In this document: positions 34,791 through 47,946 of the stretch, in pieces
Position numbering within the stretch: position 1 is the stretch's first letter
How the letters are laid out: every line of letters begins with the position of its first letter
Assembly: GCF_018350175.1 (NCBI RefSeq)
Contig: NC_058383.1
Span: 8,000,001 to 8,060,000 of the forward strand
Reading direction: 5' to 3'
DNA from: Felis catus
Taxonomy: Eukaryota
DNA: 60,000 bases
Position numbers and translations under genes: made by a program
The notes under the pieces: generated by a model
Seen by the model: only the letters and a program-made list of their open reading frames with translations
What the model was told of the DNA's origin: nothing
Database searches by the model: none

Positions 34791-36725
34791 TCATGGCTCC
34801 TTCCTGCCTTCACCTCTTGGGACCACGTGCCTTCTCCCCACACCTTCTGGGCACAAAACACCCGGGCTGAGCTCTTTTCCTTCCACCCCCATGCACCACC
34901 ACTCAATCAGCCCACCATACAGAAAGCATTTACTGGGCCCTGCCTCTAAGTTACCAATGCAAACAGCAAGAACAAAGATGTGGAGGGAAGACCAGCTGGG
35001 GTAAGTAGCTGGTCACCCAAATGAAGTGACTTCTCTGTGGAGTTTCATCACATCACAGCCCAGCACTTGATTCTCCAACTAACATGTGCACACCATGGAC
35101 AAACCGATCTCAGGGCGTACTGACGTCAAGCGTGCGTACAAGACGCACAGAGGGTAGCGTTAGGAACCAAATGCCAGCTCGTTAGTTTACTGACAGAGCC
35201 ACTATCCCCAGGCACCTGGGCACCTCTCTCCTGGGGGCTTCAGAATGGAACTGCTGAGGATGGAATTAGAACAAGGCCAGGCCATTGGATGATTTTAATG
35301 GCTGGATGATAGCCTGAGGTGTCCACACCACCTCTGGATAAGCCAGTCCCAGGGCCCGGCCCCCTGAGGTTTTAGGACAGAGCACCAACTGTCCTGCACA
35401 GCCTAGAGACCCGGCCCCAAGCTGGATCTCCTTGGATCCCCCATTTATAATGAGAAGGAACTCTCTCCTCTGTTGGCATTTTCCCTCAGGCAGAAGACAA
35501 TGCAGTTAGGTCCCTAAAATCAATTGCAATCTTATCTGCTCTTCTGAGGTTTCACCCAGGTCTCCTTAATTGGATTTGGGATATTTACAGACAGACAGTC
35601 TCCTAGGTAATTTCTACAGAGGGCTAATATCCTCTCCTAAACCGGGTTTCTTCCTAATTGGATTCTCCAAAGGCAATGTTAACTTCAAGGTACTTGGCTG
35701 TCAGGCCCAAGTCCTGCCCACGTGGGGCAGTATTAAGGGGCAGAGGAGGAAAGCACAGACCCAAACATTTCCTACCTCTAAATGGCACACGACCCAGTAG
35801 GGAGAACAAAATGAACACATGTGGTACAGATGAAGAACCCTCCAATGCTGAATGGTGTGTCTGATCATAAGAGTGTTCAAGTTCAAAGGAGAAACAGCTT
35901 AGGGTGGCCTGGAGGATGCTGGAATGGCTTTGGGGAAAAGGTAGGATCCAAGCCCCCTTGGGAGGCTCCGTGAAGAGCTGATTTGCATATGAACAGCAGG
36001 GGGTGTGTGGAACATTCTAGAGGCCAGAGATGGGTGGGAAAACCAGAAATCAGGCAGTGTAGATGGAGGGGATAGATATGGCAGATGGAGATCCTGTCCC
36101 CGCCGTTATGAATGCCTGCCCACTTTCCCTCTTTCACCCACACTGTTCTTGCTCATCTTCCCCACACATGAACTGGGTCTGTTGAGAAACCCGGGAGGCG
36201 TCAGGAGGCCCGGCAATTAACACAGACCTGGCACATGTACCAGGACCCCCACACACATAAACACACACTCCTGTCCAGCTGCTGAGTTAATGGTCCACTG
36301 GCAGGAAAGCCCTGTCAGAGCAGAAGGGTGGGGAACCTCGGCCCCAGACCAGGAGTGACAGACCCGCGCCTTCCACCTGCTGCGCTGACGATGTGCCTGA
36401 TTCAGCCCGGAAACCAGGCCGGTGTGCCAGACACAACAAGACGTCCTTCCCCTTACCTACAGTCCCTTGGGGTTCGCAGAAATGATAACAGGGAGTTCCC
36501 GAGTCAGGGGCTTTCCGTCTGGGCTCAGCTCCCACCTTAGCCCCATTTCCCCGGGGAAGCCGCTACCACAGGCAGACAAGAACAAAACAGAGGGGGACCC
36601 GCCATTTCCTGAAAGGATAAGCACTTGAGGACACAGGTCCCCTGAGCCCATCCTGGGGGTTTAGGTCTACTTGATACACTCAGCAGAACGGGGTCTGTTG
36701 GCGCTAGTCTAAAACAAGAACCCAG

Positions 36726-37115
36726 GGGGCGCCTGGGTGGCTCAGTTGGTTTAGCGTCCAACTTCAGCTCAGGTCATGATCTCACGGTTCGTGAGTCTGA
36801 GGCCCGCATCAGGCTCTGCGCTGAAAGTGGAGAGCCCACTTCGGATCCTCTGTCTCTCTTTCCTTCAAAAATAAATAAACATTTAAAAAAATAAATAAAT
36901 TCTCAGTATGGGGCGCCTGAGTGGCTTAGTCGGTTGAGTATCCTACTTCGTGATCTCTCGATCCCACACTGGGCTCTGTGCTGTCAGTGTAGAACCTGCT
37001 TGGGATTCTGTCTCCCCGTCTAGAGAGGGACTTGCTCCCCGCTTGCACTTGCTATTGTGCGCGCGCTCGCTCGCTCTCGCTCTCTCAAAAATAAATAAAA
37101 TATTTAAAAAAAATT
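36726..37115 (+). mobile_element. Two tandem Can-SINEs (36726-36897, 36910-37115)
   Basis: Two heads and two AATAAA tails. Confidence 0.9.
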
Positions 37116-38464
37116 AAAACAGGAGCTCAGAATAAGAAGGGCCCCCCCCCCAGCTTTCCTGGACCCTAAAGCTCTCCTGTTGGCCCCGCTGTCATTCCAC
37201 TGGAAGGGTCTAGACCTTGGAAAAGAGAAGACTGCCCTTCTGCTTCCTCAGACCGCCACATCCTTTGACAGAGCTGGCCGGTGCGGGGCTGAGGGCTCAG
37301 GAGGAAGGAGGGAGGGGTGTCCACCCGCATGGCCCTGAGCTCCTGACGACCGTGGCAAGACCGACAGAGGCCGTCTGGGTCTGGGCCAGCCCTGTAGGGA
37401 GGTGAGCTGGCAGGCTGGGGCTGCACCCTGGGAAAGAGGGAGTGTGCCTGAGGGTTAGAGCCAGCTGTCGGTCTGGGCCGTGAATAACGGGGGCCTCATC
37501 ACCGCCCCAGAGCTGCAGGGGCAGGAGCACCCAGCACGGGGACTGACTAAGAGAGCAGGTCTGGGCGAGTGGGTGACGAGCAAGGAGCAGAGTGCCGGGC
37601 TCCTACACACGGGGCGAATCCCTTGGCTGCTCTTCGGGCTCCTTCCTTCTCGGGCCCTTCTCCCCCCATGATTCTGCTTCTCCACCCTGACGTGTCGTCC
37701 GCATCCTCTCCACCGAGCCTCTCTGCCTTATCCCAAAGGTCGGGTCCCTGGACTCTTCCTGCCTGCCCCCAGGCCTCAGACATCCCTTGGCCGGATGCCT
37801 GATCTCCCGTGTTACTCAAGAGGCATTTGGCACACCCCTCCTTGGAACTCCTTGTCTTTACAGCTGTCTGTCTTTCTACCGGAACAGGGCCCTAAGGCCC
37901 TCCAGGGCCAGACCCTTATCCTCAGCCCCAGCACCTTTACACGCCCCGCGGACAGAAAAAGCAATAAAAGCAGTTCTCTGCAAATGCTTGCAGATCATTC
38001 TTTCAGGTCTAGCTCACGGGCCCGCTCCCACAGGGGCCTCCCGAGCATTTCACGGGTACCTCTCCTGAGGCATTCGAGGCCGGTACTGGCTTCTCTGGCT
38101 CTGAAGGTGAGGACAGTGCCTCCGTGCCCTGACCAGCTTCTCATGTCCTCTCTGCCTTCTCCACCCATCTCAAAGTCGAGCCTGCAGTCCGAGGTCCACA
38201 GATAACCAGCCCACAAACGTGAACAGGGCACAGAAACTGCTAACCGAGCCTATGGGTCAAAGGGCAGTGTGCTCCGTCACCAGGCAACCCGGGCTCAGGG
38301 CCTCCGGTAGATTCTTTCTGGGGCGATGAGATCCCTGTCTCCAAAAGCCACCTGGGGGGTGGGGGTGGGGGAAAGCACACGGGTCTGAAATTCCCCACCC
38401 CTGGCTGGGGTGGTCTAAGGCTGCAATCTCAATCCCAAAGGGGAGCCAGTAAAGACCAAACCAA

Positions 38465-38580
38465 ATCAGCATCCTGGGATTCTGATTCAAGATTCAAATC
38501 ATCAGCGATGGGCCCGGCTCTCACGGCTTTTTGAAAGCTCCTGGGTAAGCCTAATATGAAGCTGGGGCCGAGAGCCACTG
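38465..38580. mobile_element. MER5-like hAT fragment
   Basis: GGATTCTGATTCA...TTTTTGAAAGCTCCTGGGTAA...GAGAGCCACTG. Confidence 0.45.
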
Positions 38581-39151
38581 GACGAAGCACAGGATGTCAC
38601 AACTCCCAAGCGAGCGTGGCCTTCGAGGGTATGAAACGGTCAATCATCACGGCTTGAGCCAGAATCAGTTCCTTGCTCAGAGGACAGGAAGGTTCTGAAG
38701 GAAGGAGTCAGGGATGGGAAGGGGAGCCGTGGGATATAGTGAGGGCAGAGCCGGGCCCTATCCTGGGTCGGGGGGTTAGGGGCACAGGCCCACAGGGGAC
38801 ACCACGGGGACAGCTGTGGCGCCGAAAAACAGAACGGAGGCAGGGCGTGCTGGAGCCAGCTCCTCTCATTAGCTGAGGGACCTGGAGCAAGAGATCCTAC
38901 CCATCTCTGTGGCGGTTTCCTCATCTGTAGAATGGGACAGTGCCATCCCCAATCCCTGAGCCAGATGAGAACGAACGCAGGTAATGAGAGGACAGCAGGG
39001 CCTGGCAGACAGCAACTTCTCTGCACACTTTAGCCACTGGGACCGCGGCAGATCGGGGAAAGGGGACTTTTCCCTGCAACTCTGAAGAAAAGGCACGCAG
39101 ACCCAGCACTTTAGGAATGAAGAGATGTGCAGATCGGCAGCTGCCTAAATA

Positions 39152-39360
39152 GGGGCACCTGCGGGGCTTGGTTGGTTGAGCGGATGACTTGGGCTCAGGC
39201 TGTGACCTCACGGTTTGTGGGTTCTAACCCTGCATCAGGCTCACTGCTCTCAGTGCAGAGCCTGCTTCAGATCCTCTGTCTCCGTCTCTCGCTCTGTCCC
39301 TCCCTGACTCGCGCGCTCTTTCCCCCTATCAAAAATAAATAAAACATTTAAAAAAGAAAA
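39152..39360 (+). mobile_element. Can-SINE
   Basis: Head, body and tail. Confidence 0.9.
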
Positions 39361-41107
39361 GAAACTGCCTAAAGAAATAGACAGGGGCAACCACAAATCC
39401 AGACAGCCTGGCACGAGTTTTCAAAGTCTCAGCATCCCCAGCCTTCCCAGCGTGGGAGGCTGGGATGCATCCTGGGGGCATTGCAGCCCCGGTTGGGTGT
39501 TTCTTTCTGTCGCTTCCAATGTTAGCTTCTTCTGAGCTCCGAAAGAGGAAGGAACCTCTCACCTCTAGCCCTGCACACAGTGGGGAGTCCTAGGCTGGCC
39601 TCCGCACTGGGCTGGCCTGACCGCCTTCATCCCAAATGGAGTGCTCAGAGGCTCCAACCTCCGCAAATCCTATCCTAGAACCTAGACTTGCCTTTGACTT
39701 GGTTTCTGGCAGCCGACTGGCCATTTGGGGCCGGGGTGATCCCAGCCCCAGCATGACTGGCCTTCTTCGCCAGATGCTCCTTCAGTTCTGCCTTTGGCCT
39801 CCCTACGATCCTCCTGACCTTGGCAGGAGACCCTGTTTTTTCCTTGTAGGAGCTCATCTGCCTTAGAAGGCCAGAGAGGGTGCAGAGGACCATTTCTCCC
39901 AGTTGTCCCAAAGCAGGACCCAGGCCTCCAGCCTTCCACGCCAGCATTCATATCTGGAAGACAGTTCATGACAGGGCTTCCCTAGGCTGGGGGTTGTTTA
40001 CCTGCTTGGGGCCGGAAGGCCCCGTCCCTTTCCTTGCCCCCATGCTCCCCAGAGGGTGACTGTCTTCAGCGCATTGTTTTCTTTCCGGTGGAATTTCTGC
40101 TCTTGAGGACTCAGTGTTCTGTGTTACTCCCGCCGCCACCACCATCGCCAGACCTCACATCCTGGTTTCCTCCTGTCCAGACAGTGCTGGCCACTGGCCA
40201 GGACCTCGACCATTCATGGAGAGGACAGGGGCCGAAGACAGCAAAGTGGGAAGCAGGAAGTGGGAAGCTGACACTCCTCCTTGGTCAGGGCCTCAGGCCT
40301 CTTCCGTGGGGCCTGCAGAGCGTCCGTGGTGGGCGGTGTGTCCACTGTGGGTGGGCAAGCCCTATCCCGCCTGGTGGTGGGCAGTGTGAGCTCAGTGAGC
40401 AAGCCTGGGGCAGACACATGAGGAGGTTTCCCACAGATGGGGACAAACCTTACAAGCTGGAACTTCATGATCCCTGATCAGTTTCTCCTTAGATCTGGTG
40501 CAGGACCCGCTCTGGCTCTAAGGAAGCCAAGGAGCCCAGATAGGCCAAGACTGAGGCCAGTCTCCACTGTGGTCACGGGGCAGGGGGTGGATAGTGGACG
40601 TGACAGGCAAGACTGCCCCACTTGTGCCAACCGCCCTGCCCATGGCACTTCCCATGCAGCTGCACAAGGTCGGGAGAAGGGGCAGGTGCGGGTGGGGGTG
40701 GCTCATGCCTCCCCTTTCCTGCCCTAGACCCCAGCCCGCATGGCAGCTCCAGGAAAGAGCCTAAGTCTGATTCCTGGGGTGTTAAATATCCCCCAGGTTA
40801 GCCTGCCCTGCCCCCCACCCCAGAGCCCTTCTCAGGCCTGAACTGCCTCACGTTGCCATCTGGGCTCCCCTCACCCAACAGGCCCGGCTCCCTCCCCCAG
40901 CACCCCCACACTGCCATGTGAATAAGTTATTTACTCTGCCTGCATCAGCCTTTACTCAGAGTCCTAATACTTCTTGACACATTTGTGGGGGCACAGCAAG
41001 GCCCCCCAGGCAAGGGACTCAAGAGAAGGGCATGTTATAATTCTGGGTCCCAGAACAGGATGGACAGCAGGCACCGCTGGCCTGGAGCACCTGCTTCAGA
41101 TCCAAGT

Positions 41108-41308
41108 TCTTTCTTTTTTTTTTTTTTTTTCTCTTTAACTGTATTTATGTGGAGAAAGAGAGCGAGCACAGGGAGGGGCAGGAGAGAGGGAGAGAGAGAA
41201 TCCCAAGCAGGATCTACACAGGCAGTGCAGAGCCCAATGTGGGGCTCAATCCCCTGAACGGAAATCAAGAGTTCAACGCCCAACCAACTGAACCACCCAG
41301 GTGTCCCC
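41108..41308 (-). mobile_element. Can-SINE
   Basis: Antisense; TSD CCAAGTTCTT. Confidence 0.9.
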
Positions 41309-41607
41309 AAGTTCTTAACATGGCGACAATACTTTTGTCCGGCATCCACAGGAAGCCTGGTCCTCTCCTGCCAGTGACATATGTGGGCCAGAACCCTTGG
41401 TGGCCTTCCTTGTCCTGGTGGAGGCCCTGTCCAGCCCCACCATTGAGCTTCTGGGATCCCTTACCCCAGGACCTGATTAGCTAGCCCCCTCTGGCACAGG
41501 AACCCAGTCTACCCTCAGGAAACCAAGGGGCTCTTGAGAGGAAGCACAGGGGGAAAAAAAAAGAAAAGAAAAGAAGAAGAATGCAAGTTTTAAAGTCAAC
41601 TGAGACA

Positions 41608-41812
41608 GGGGCACCTGGGTGGCCCAGTCGGTTGAGCATCCGGCTTCGGCTCAGGTCATGATCTCACACAGTTTGTGAGTTCGAGCCCCACATCGGGCTT
41701 GCTGCTGTCAACCTGTCAGCGCAGAGTCTGCTTCAGATACTCTGTCCCCCTCCATCTGCCCCTCTCCCGCTTGTGCTCTCCCCCAAAAACTAAATTAAAA
41801 AAAAATAATAAT
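41608..41812 (+). mobile_element. Can-SINE
   Basis: TSD TAAAGTCAACTGA. Confidence 0.92.
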
Positions 41813-44800
41813 AAAGTCAACTGAAACCTACAGGTCGCTTTCTCTGTAGAGATAGAGGCACTCGGTCATTTCATCCGTGCTGCCCTTTGAAATCCTAACT
41901 ACGCTATCATGAAAATGGCAACATTTTCTCTCCAGAGAAAACAGGCTCAGGGGAACAAAGGAAGCTGCCCAGAGGTTCCCGCTGGTCCTCGGGCCACATC
42001 TGCCTCTTTCTATGCAAAGCGTGTTGTTCCAAGCCATGGTGTCGGTCTTAGGGAGGCTCTGGGAAGGAAGAATGATAACCAGACCCGGGACTGCGCGGGC
42101 GCACTGATGACCCTCAGAGTCCTGTGTTGAGAGCAGACACGCCATACCCGCCCTCCCCGGCCCTTACAGCTTGGAATCCTGGGAAAGGTTATGGTATATA
42201 ACCTGGCATATCTGGGCTCTGGCAAATCCAAGAAGCACACCAAGCAGCCTGAATGCATTAGCGTTCATCAGGCCAGCTGCTCACCAAGTAGCCCAGGCTG
42301 ACTCAGATGGAAAGACACACAGTAGAGCCTGCTTCCATATGGCAAGGAAGTGAGGGAGAAGGAATGGTCAGTGACTCGAGGGGCCCCTGACTCTCCGGTG
42401 GCAAATTCCATCTGTACTGCATCACTCAGGCTGCTTCATCCCTGGGACCTCCGCCACCCACAGGTCCCCCACTGACCCGGGGTCACTGTCTTTCTGGGCA
42501 TTTGCTCAGTAAAACAGCGGTGCCCAGGGCCAGGATCCAGACTAGAGCAAGAACATCTCTTTTGAGGAGATGGAAAAGCAGAGGCCTGCAACACAAAAGC
42601 CGACAAGAGAACAAGGCAGAGACGGGAAGCCTCAGCCAGAAGTTGTTCCCTGGAGATGAAGACGCAGAGAGACGATGGGCACGTTTTCCTCCCTTCCCCC
42701 ACACGGCTCTGCACCTCCTAGGCCCACCCCATCCCCATTTCTCTGCCAAGGTCACGCTGCCTCTCCCTCATAACCCAGCACCGTCCCTCTGCTTCTGGGA
42801 AGCCTTCCTTCCACCCTCAAGCCCAAGTCTCACAACTTAACATGCAGGCAGTTTTAAGTTTTAATCTAATTGTCGCACGTTCGTTGATCTTCTGCTCCTG
42901 TCCCTGTGTCTGTTCTCTCGGGGAGAGAGAAGCGTATATGTCTCTAGGTCACACCATTGAGCATTCATTGTCAACAAATATTTGGCCGTTTTGGGGAAGC
43001 CAAGATTCACGCAACAGCCAGGGTAAAAAAAGACAGGATGTGTTCCAGAGAAAGTTACAAAGGGAGATTCAGGAATTCAGAGAATGAGGAACAAGTTCTG
43101 GTAAAGATAAAAGAAGTGAATCAGAGTTGGACAATCCACATTCGTGAGTAAAGAGAAATGGAAGGTGGCCCTGGGGTGTCCCTGGGGCGCCCCACAGGCG
43201 CCTCGTTCTGGCTGACACCATCAGACTCTGTGGTCACAGCTACCCGAAAAATTGCACACCCCACCCTTCCCGGCCCGTTAAACTTCCCCTTGTGGCCACA
43301 GTGGGTCCCATTTACTCTCTCTGCTTCTTTCCCCCAAGAGAGAAGGCTCATTCTTGCCTTGGGGGTAGGGGGGGTCTTCAATGCTTACTGAACTCTGACA
43401 TTATGAGAGAGCCTCCAAGGGGCACCCCAGGACATAAAAATAAATGAGGCGTGGCGACAGCACAGTGAGTTTAGTAAGTACACACAGGACCGTTGAGATT
43501 GGGAAAGTATGTGCAATGGGTAAAGAGTTATGGAGACTCAACAAGAGATAGTGGACGCGGGTGGCAGAGAGTGGGTCCAGTGGGCCAGGACCAAGAAAAC
43601 AGGTCAAACTCAGTTTGGTTTTTACCTTTTACTAAAACAAGCCCCCCTCCTTCCTGGTATGCTCGAGGGATTGGGACACAAGTGTCAGATGTCAGTGAAG
43701 GCCACATGCAAACAGAGCCCACAAAGGAAGATCTCCCTAAGATCGAAATCTGCCCACCAGCCAGTGGAGCATGCCAGGCGGGGGGTAGAAATGAGAAGAT
43801 CCGGCCTGAAGTGGACAAGAGGGGCTGGTAGCCATTCTCTCCTGTCACCGGCCGCCTGAGGCATTTGATGTCAACACTCAGTACAGGCCAAGGGAAGTGA
43901 AAAGAACACCCACATCAAGGAACTCACATTGTATTGAAATTAACAGCTCAAGCCATCTGGGTTCCTGTTCTGGCTCCTTCCCCCCAAGAGTGGCCACCAC
44001 TTAGTGAGAGCCTAGAACATGTCAGACACTTGGGGACAATATTTCATGTAACCCCAACAACCTTGAGGGATGGGGATCATTCTCAACCTACCTATAAATT
44101 GTCATCTGCACCTAGCTGCAAAACGGAAAACCAAAGCACCCGAAAGTTAAGTTTTCCCTAAAGACACATGACCAGCAAGGTGTCAGATCTGGGACCAGGC
44201 GGGTCCATCCACTGCAGAGACCACCGTTCCCCCTCACCGGATGGCACCGTGTGGACTCAAACACATCATGCAGCCTCTGTGGACCTCAGGGCCCATGCCT
44301 GCAAATTCGAAGGGCTGCATTAAATGGTTCTTCAGACCCTCCTGCTCTGAAACGCAGGGATATAATTGCAGAAAAAAAGCAACTGTGGACAAGCAGGGCT
44401 GAGACTGAGGGAAGGAGACGGGTTGGGGGCTGCCCTCTGCCTTCCTCAAGCTGTCATGTTACAGGCATTTAAGGAGAGAAGGCTGGCGGTGGCTGGGAAA
44501 GGGAGATGGAGGTGGTTATGCAGGCAGAGGAAGGGGAGACGCGCTGGGCATGGTACCAGTGTGAGGAGAGACCCTGGACGGGCCAAGGTGGCCCGTGTCT
44601 GTCGGGGTTCCAGGGTCAAGATCTTAAGCAAGGATAGGCAGGGAGGGACACAGGGCACTCACCCCAGCTCACTCCTACGAGAAGGGCAGAGCCAGCCCAG
44701 CCTAAACACAGGCTATTTTTGGTGTTGTGTTGTTTGGAGAGCAACCAGGCCAGAAATAGTGCTGTGAGTTAGTAGGACCCTGTTCTGCTCCCACCCCCAG

Positions 44801-47089
44801 CTCTCCCAGTGAAATCACCAAGAATCAGGAGGCCAGCTCCAACATTCCAGGGAGCCTGTGTAACTGATAGGGGACAGCACTCTCCGCCCTGCAGGAAGAC
44901 TTGGAGCAGAGCATTTGACTGTAAAAGGGATTCTTCAAGAGGGGAAGCCAGGGAAGGGGGACTGAGTCAGAGAGAACGGAAGAGAGAGAGGGAAAGTGGG
45001 AGAGACCTCCCCTGGCTGGCTGAGGCTAGTGGAGTAGACCAGTTGACCATGGGTTGAACAGAGAAGTCAAGAAAAGGGAGTCTCGGAGAGAGAAAGGGAA
45101 AGTGAAAAAGAAAGCAGGTAGTGGTGCTGGGAGAGCAAAGAGGAAGAGAAGGGAGTAGGCAAAGAGGGCAGCTGAAGGACAGGAGGTGAAGGATTGAAGG
45201 GAAGATAGGCCCACAGAGAACCAGGGCTGCCAGGGCCCATGGGCATGGGGTGGGGGGACAGTCACGGAAAGTGTGAGTGTGGTCTAGTCGTGAACCACCT
45301 GCTAGCGGACAGATGGAAACATCTTTCCCAATTAGCTGGAACTGAAACTTCCCCAGAAATCCACAGTCTTGTAACTCATCCTCTTATCTCTGACCCTCTG
45401 GGAATCAGATCCAGCAATTTCAAAAGCAGGGACTTTTCTCTTTCTGCTGTTTGACCCCTTACAAAAGAGCCACGGCTTGAGCAAGGTGATTGGGTCAAGG
45501 CTTTGTTTGGGGTTCAGGGGAAGGAGGGATAGTGATGTGGCCCCTTGAATCAGGCTGGATTCTGAGAAGGGCATCGCAGGGAAGTCTGTCTGAGGGTGGC
45601 GGGGCGATCCGGCTACACTGTGATGTGTGGAAGGTCTCCAGAGGGCAGACAGGGTGGAAGCAAGGCCTTAACACACAGAGGAACAACAGGCACCATGGTC
45701 ACAGTCACGTCTGGGCTTAGATCATCCAGCGGCCCTAGCTCATGAGAAAGTCAAAGGAAGAGTCAGAAACCCCAGCATGGGACCCAGTTACACCGGGCCT
45801 TGCCTCAATTTCTAATCTACACCCACCAGATACCTACACGTTCCCTCCAGTTTTGGAAAAAACCCTGCTTAAGTCAGCCCTTTGTGTTTTCAACATAAGT
45901 CATGTCCCCTTTCTCCCCAACAGGACATAGAGCTGCTCCCTTCCATGCCTGGGAACAGAGTGTCTTTTCTGGAATGGCATCAAGATCATCCATCAGGTCC
46001 AGGACAATGGTTCTTGGATGGCCAACAAAAGAAGGGAAGGAGGGTCAGCTGAAGTGGCTGGAGAGGATGGGCAGTGGGGCACCTCAAGGGAGCCCCTTTC
46101 AACCAGGTCTCGACCCACTGCCCTTCTAACTTGGGGCTTGGCACTCCCAACCTGGATGCCCATGTCCCCATCCCCCTTGAGCCCCAGAGGTGGAGGGCAG
46201 GGCACTGGGGGCATTTCTGGGGGGTAGGAGATGGGTTGGGGGCTTCACTTCTGTCTTCTCCACTTGAAAGAGATCAGAAGTAACCACCTTCTCATGCTTA
46301 ACCACTCTCTCAGAGACTCCAAACGAGACCAAGAAAAGAAAAGGACATAAACAAGAAGCAGTTACATGGGAACAGTCCTGTACTTGAAAAGAGTGGGTGA
46401 TCCTAACTTTCCGACCGAGGTTTCCCCTTTTTTCCCTGCCACCTCCTCCCCACCTGACTCCTAGGGGCAACAGAGAAAACACAGGCAGAGGCAGAGTAAA
46501 AAGTGGGAAAGCCGTCCAGCTGTGGTTGCCCTTGGTATCTGCTTACTGAAAAAATCCAAAACAAATATCCCAAAGCTTCCACCCACTTAAACTTCCTGTG
46601 ATTCTGCTATCCGCTGTCTCCATGGATACTCTCACTTGAACCCCACCACCTACACAAAGCGAGACAGCGTGTGGAGCCCAGGGTCAAGTGCATCATCTCC
46701 CCACCCAGCCACCCCTCTGTCCACAACATCCTGGGCACGTGACCTGACCCTGCCAAGCCCCCAGGTGCAGTCCCACGCACCAGTCTCTGGCCAATTCCCA
46801 CCCTCTGCAGAATTGTTTGGTTAGTCTTCCATCCCCAAGCCCGGTGTCCTGGAAGCACACCCCACAAACCCGCCACGAACTGACTCTCGCTGGCCGCCCC
46901 AGCACCACCCCGCAGGTGTCTGTGTCTCGAGGAAAGGATAAGGTATAATTCTCCCCAGGCACAGAAGGCAGCTTAAAGAAATGAAACTTACACATTGGGC
47001 TCCTACTTCCTTGCCAAGTCTTTACCCTGTCAACCCCTGGTTTCTTTCAGCCTCCATCACCATCACCCCATCCAGCACACCCAAACCCC

Positions 47090-47280
47090 CTCCAGACACG
47101 GCTGTTGGCACAAAAGAGGGCCTCGAGGGCATCTTAAGAGTCTGGACACGTGGGAGAGTCAGCTGTGTATCATCGACCAGCGGGCGGGCGCGCACCTGGC
47201 AGGGAAGAGGGAAAAACGGAAGGGAGTCCTCCGCATGCTCATGTCCTAGATAGTCAAAACCCAGACAATCACATGGCACG
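47090..47280 (+). promoter_or_regulatory. SERPINE1: SERPINE1 TGF-beta-responsive region: CAGA boxes (47092, 47261), E-box CACGTG (47147-47152), second E-box CACATG (47270-47275)
   Basis: Collinear with the human PAI-1 -730 to -560 region as recalled. Confidence 0.75.
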
Positions 47281-47633
47281 CTCCGTGCCCTCTGGCCACT
47301 GGAATGAGGCCAAGAGGAGGGAGGGGTGTTCTCCCCAGGCTGGCCAGCACGTACAGACTGGACAGCACTGGCAGACAAAAGTTCACGGCTTCTTTGGTAA
47401 CTACGCGGTGACCCGTTTCTCCAAAAGGAGGAAACGTAAACTGTTTTTCCCCAGCTGTGTATCGGGGAAGGTAATCCCAAACACGGGGTAGTTTGGGGCC
47501 GCCTGGCACTGCCAGGGGTCGAGCTGGAAGATCATCCAAAAAGAGGGGGACACAGGCAGAGGGTAGCAAGTCCAGGGAGGCCCTCGGGCCAAGGCGACCG
47601 GGGTTTGCCCAATTGTTCCTGACCCCTCTGACA

Positions 47634-47792
47634 CACGTACACACAGAACAGCACGCGCACACGCCTCTGCAAGTTGGGCAGAGGGAGGTGCCGAGGGGGC
47701 CTGGCCAGCTGTTCAGAGGGACTTGCAGAGCGAGAAAGTGGGTGGGGCTGAACCATGAGTTCATCTATTTCCTGCCCACATCTGGTATAAAG
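47634..47792 (+). promoter_or_regulatory. SERPINE1: SERPINE1 proximal promoter: HRE CACGTACA (47634-47641), p53-like site (47657-47676), Sp1/KLF GGGTGGGG (47740-47747), AP-1-like TGAGTTCA (47756-47763), TATAAA (47786-47791)
   Basis: Motifs read directly, in the same order as the human PAI-1 promoter. Confidence 0.88.
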
Positions 47793-47811
47793 GGAGGCGG
47801 CAGCCTCTGGA

Positions 47812-47946
47812 GGAACACAGCTGCGTCTGGCTGCGGGGCCAAGAGCACTGTCGGGAGAGCCACACGCCCTCTCCAGCTGCAGAATCACCACGATTCAGCA
47901 ACAGCAGGACAGACCACCAATCACGAGGGGCCTTTGAGAACTTCAG
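47812..47946 (+). other. SERPINE1: SERPINE1 exon 1 (non-coding; start approximate)
   Basis: Starts ~25 nt after TATA; ends GAGAACTTCAG|GTAAGA. Confidence 0.85.
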
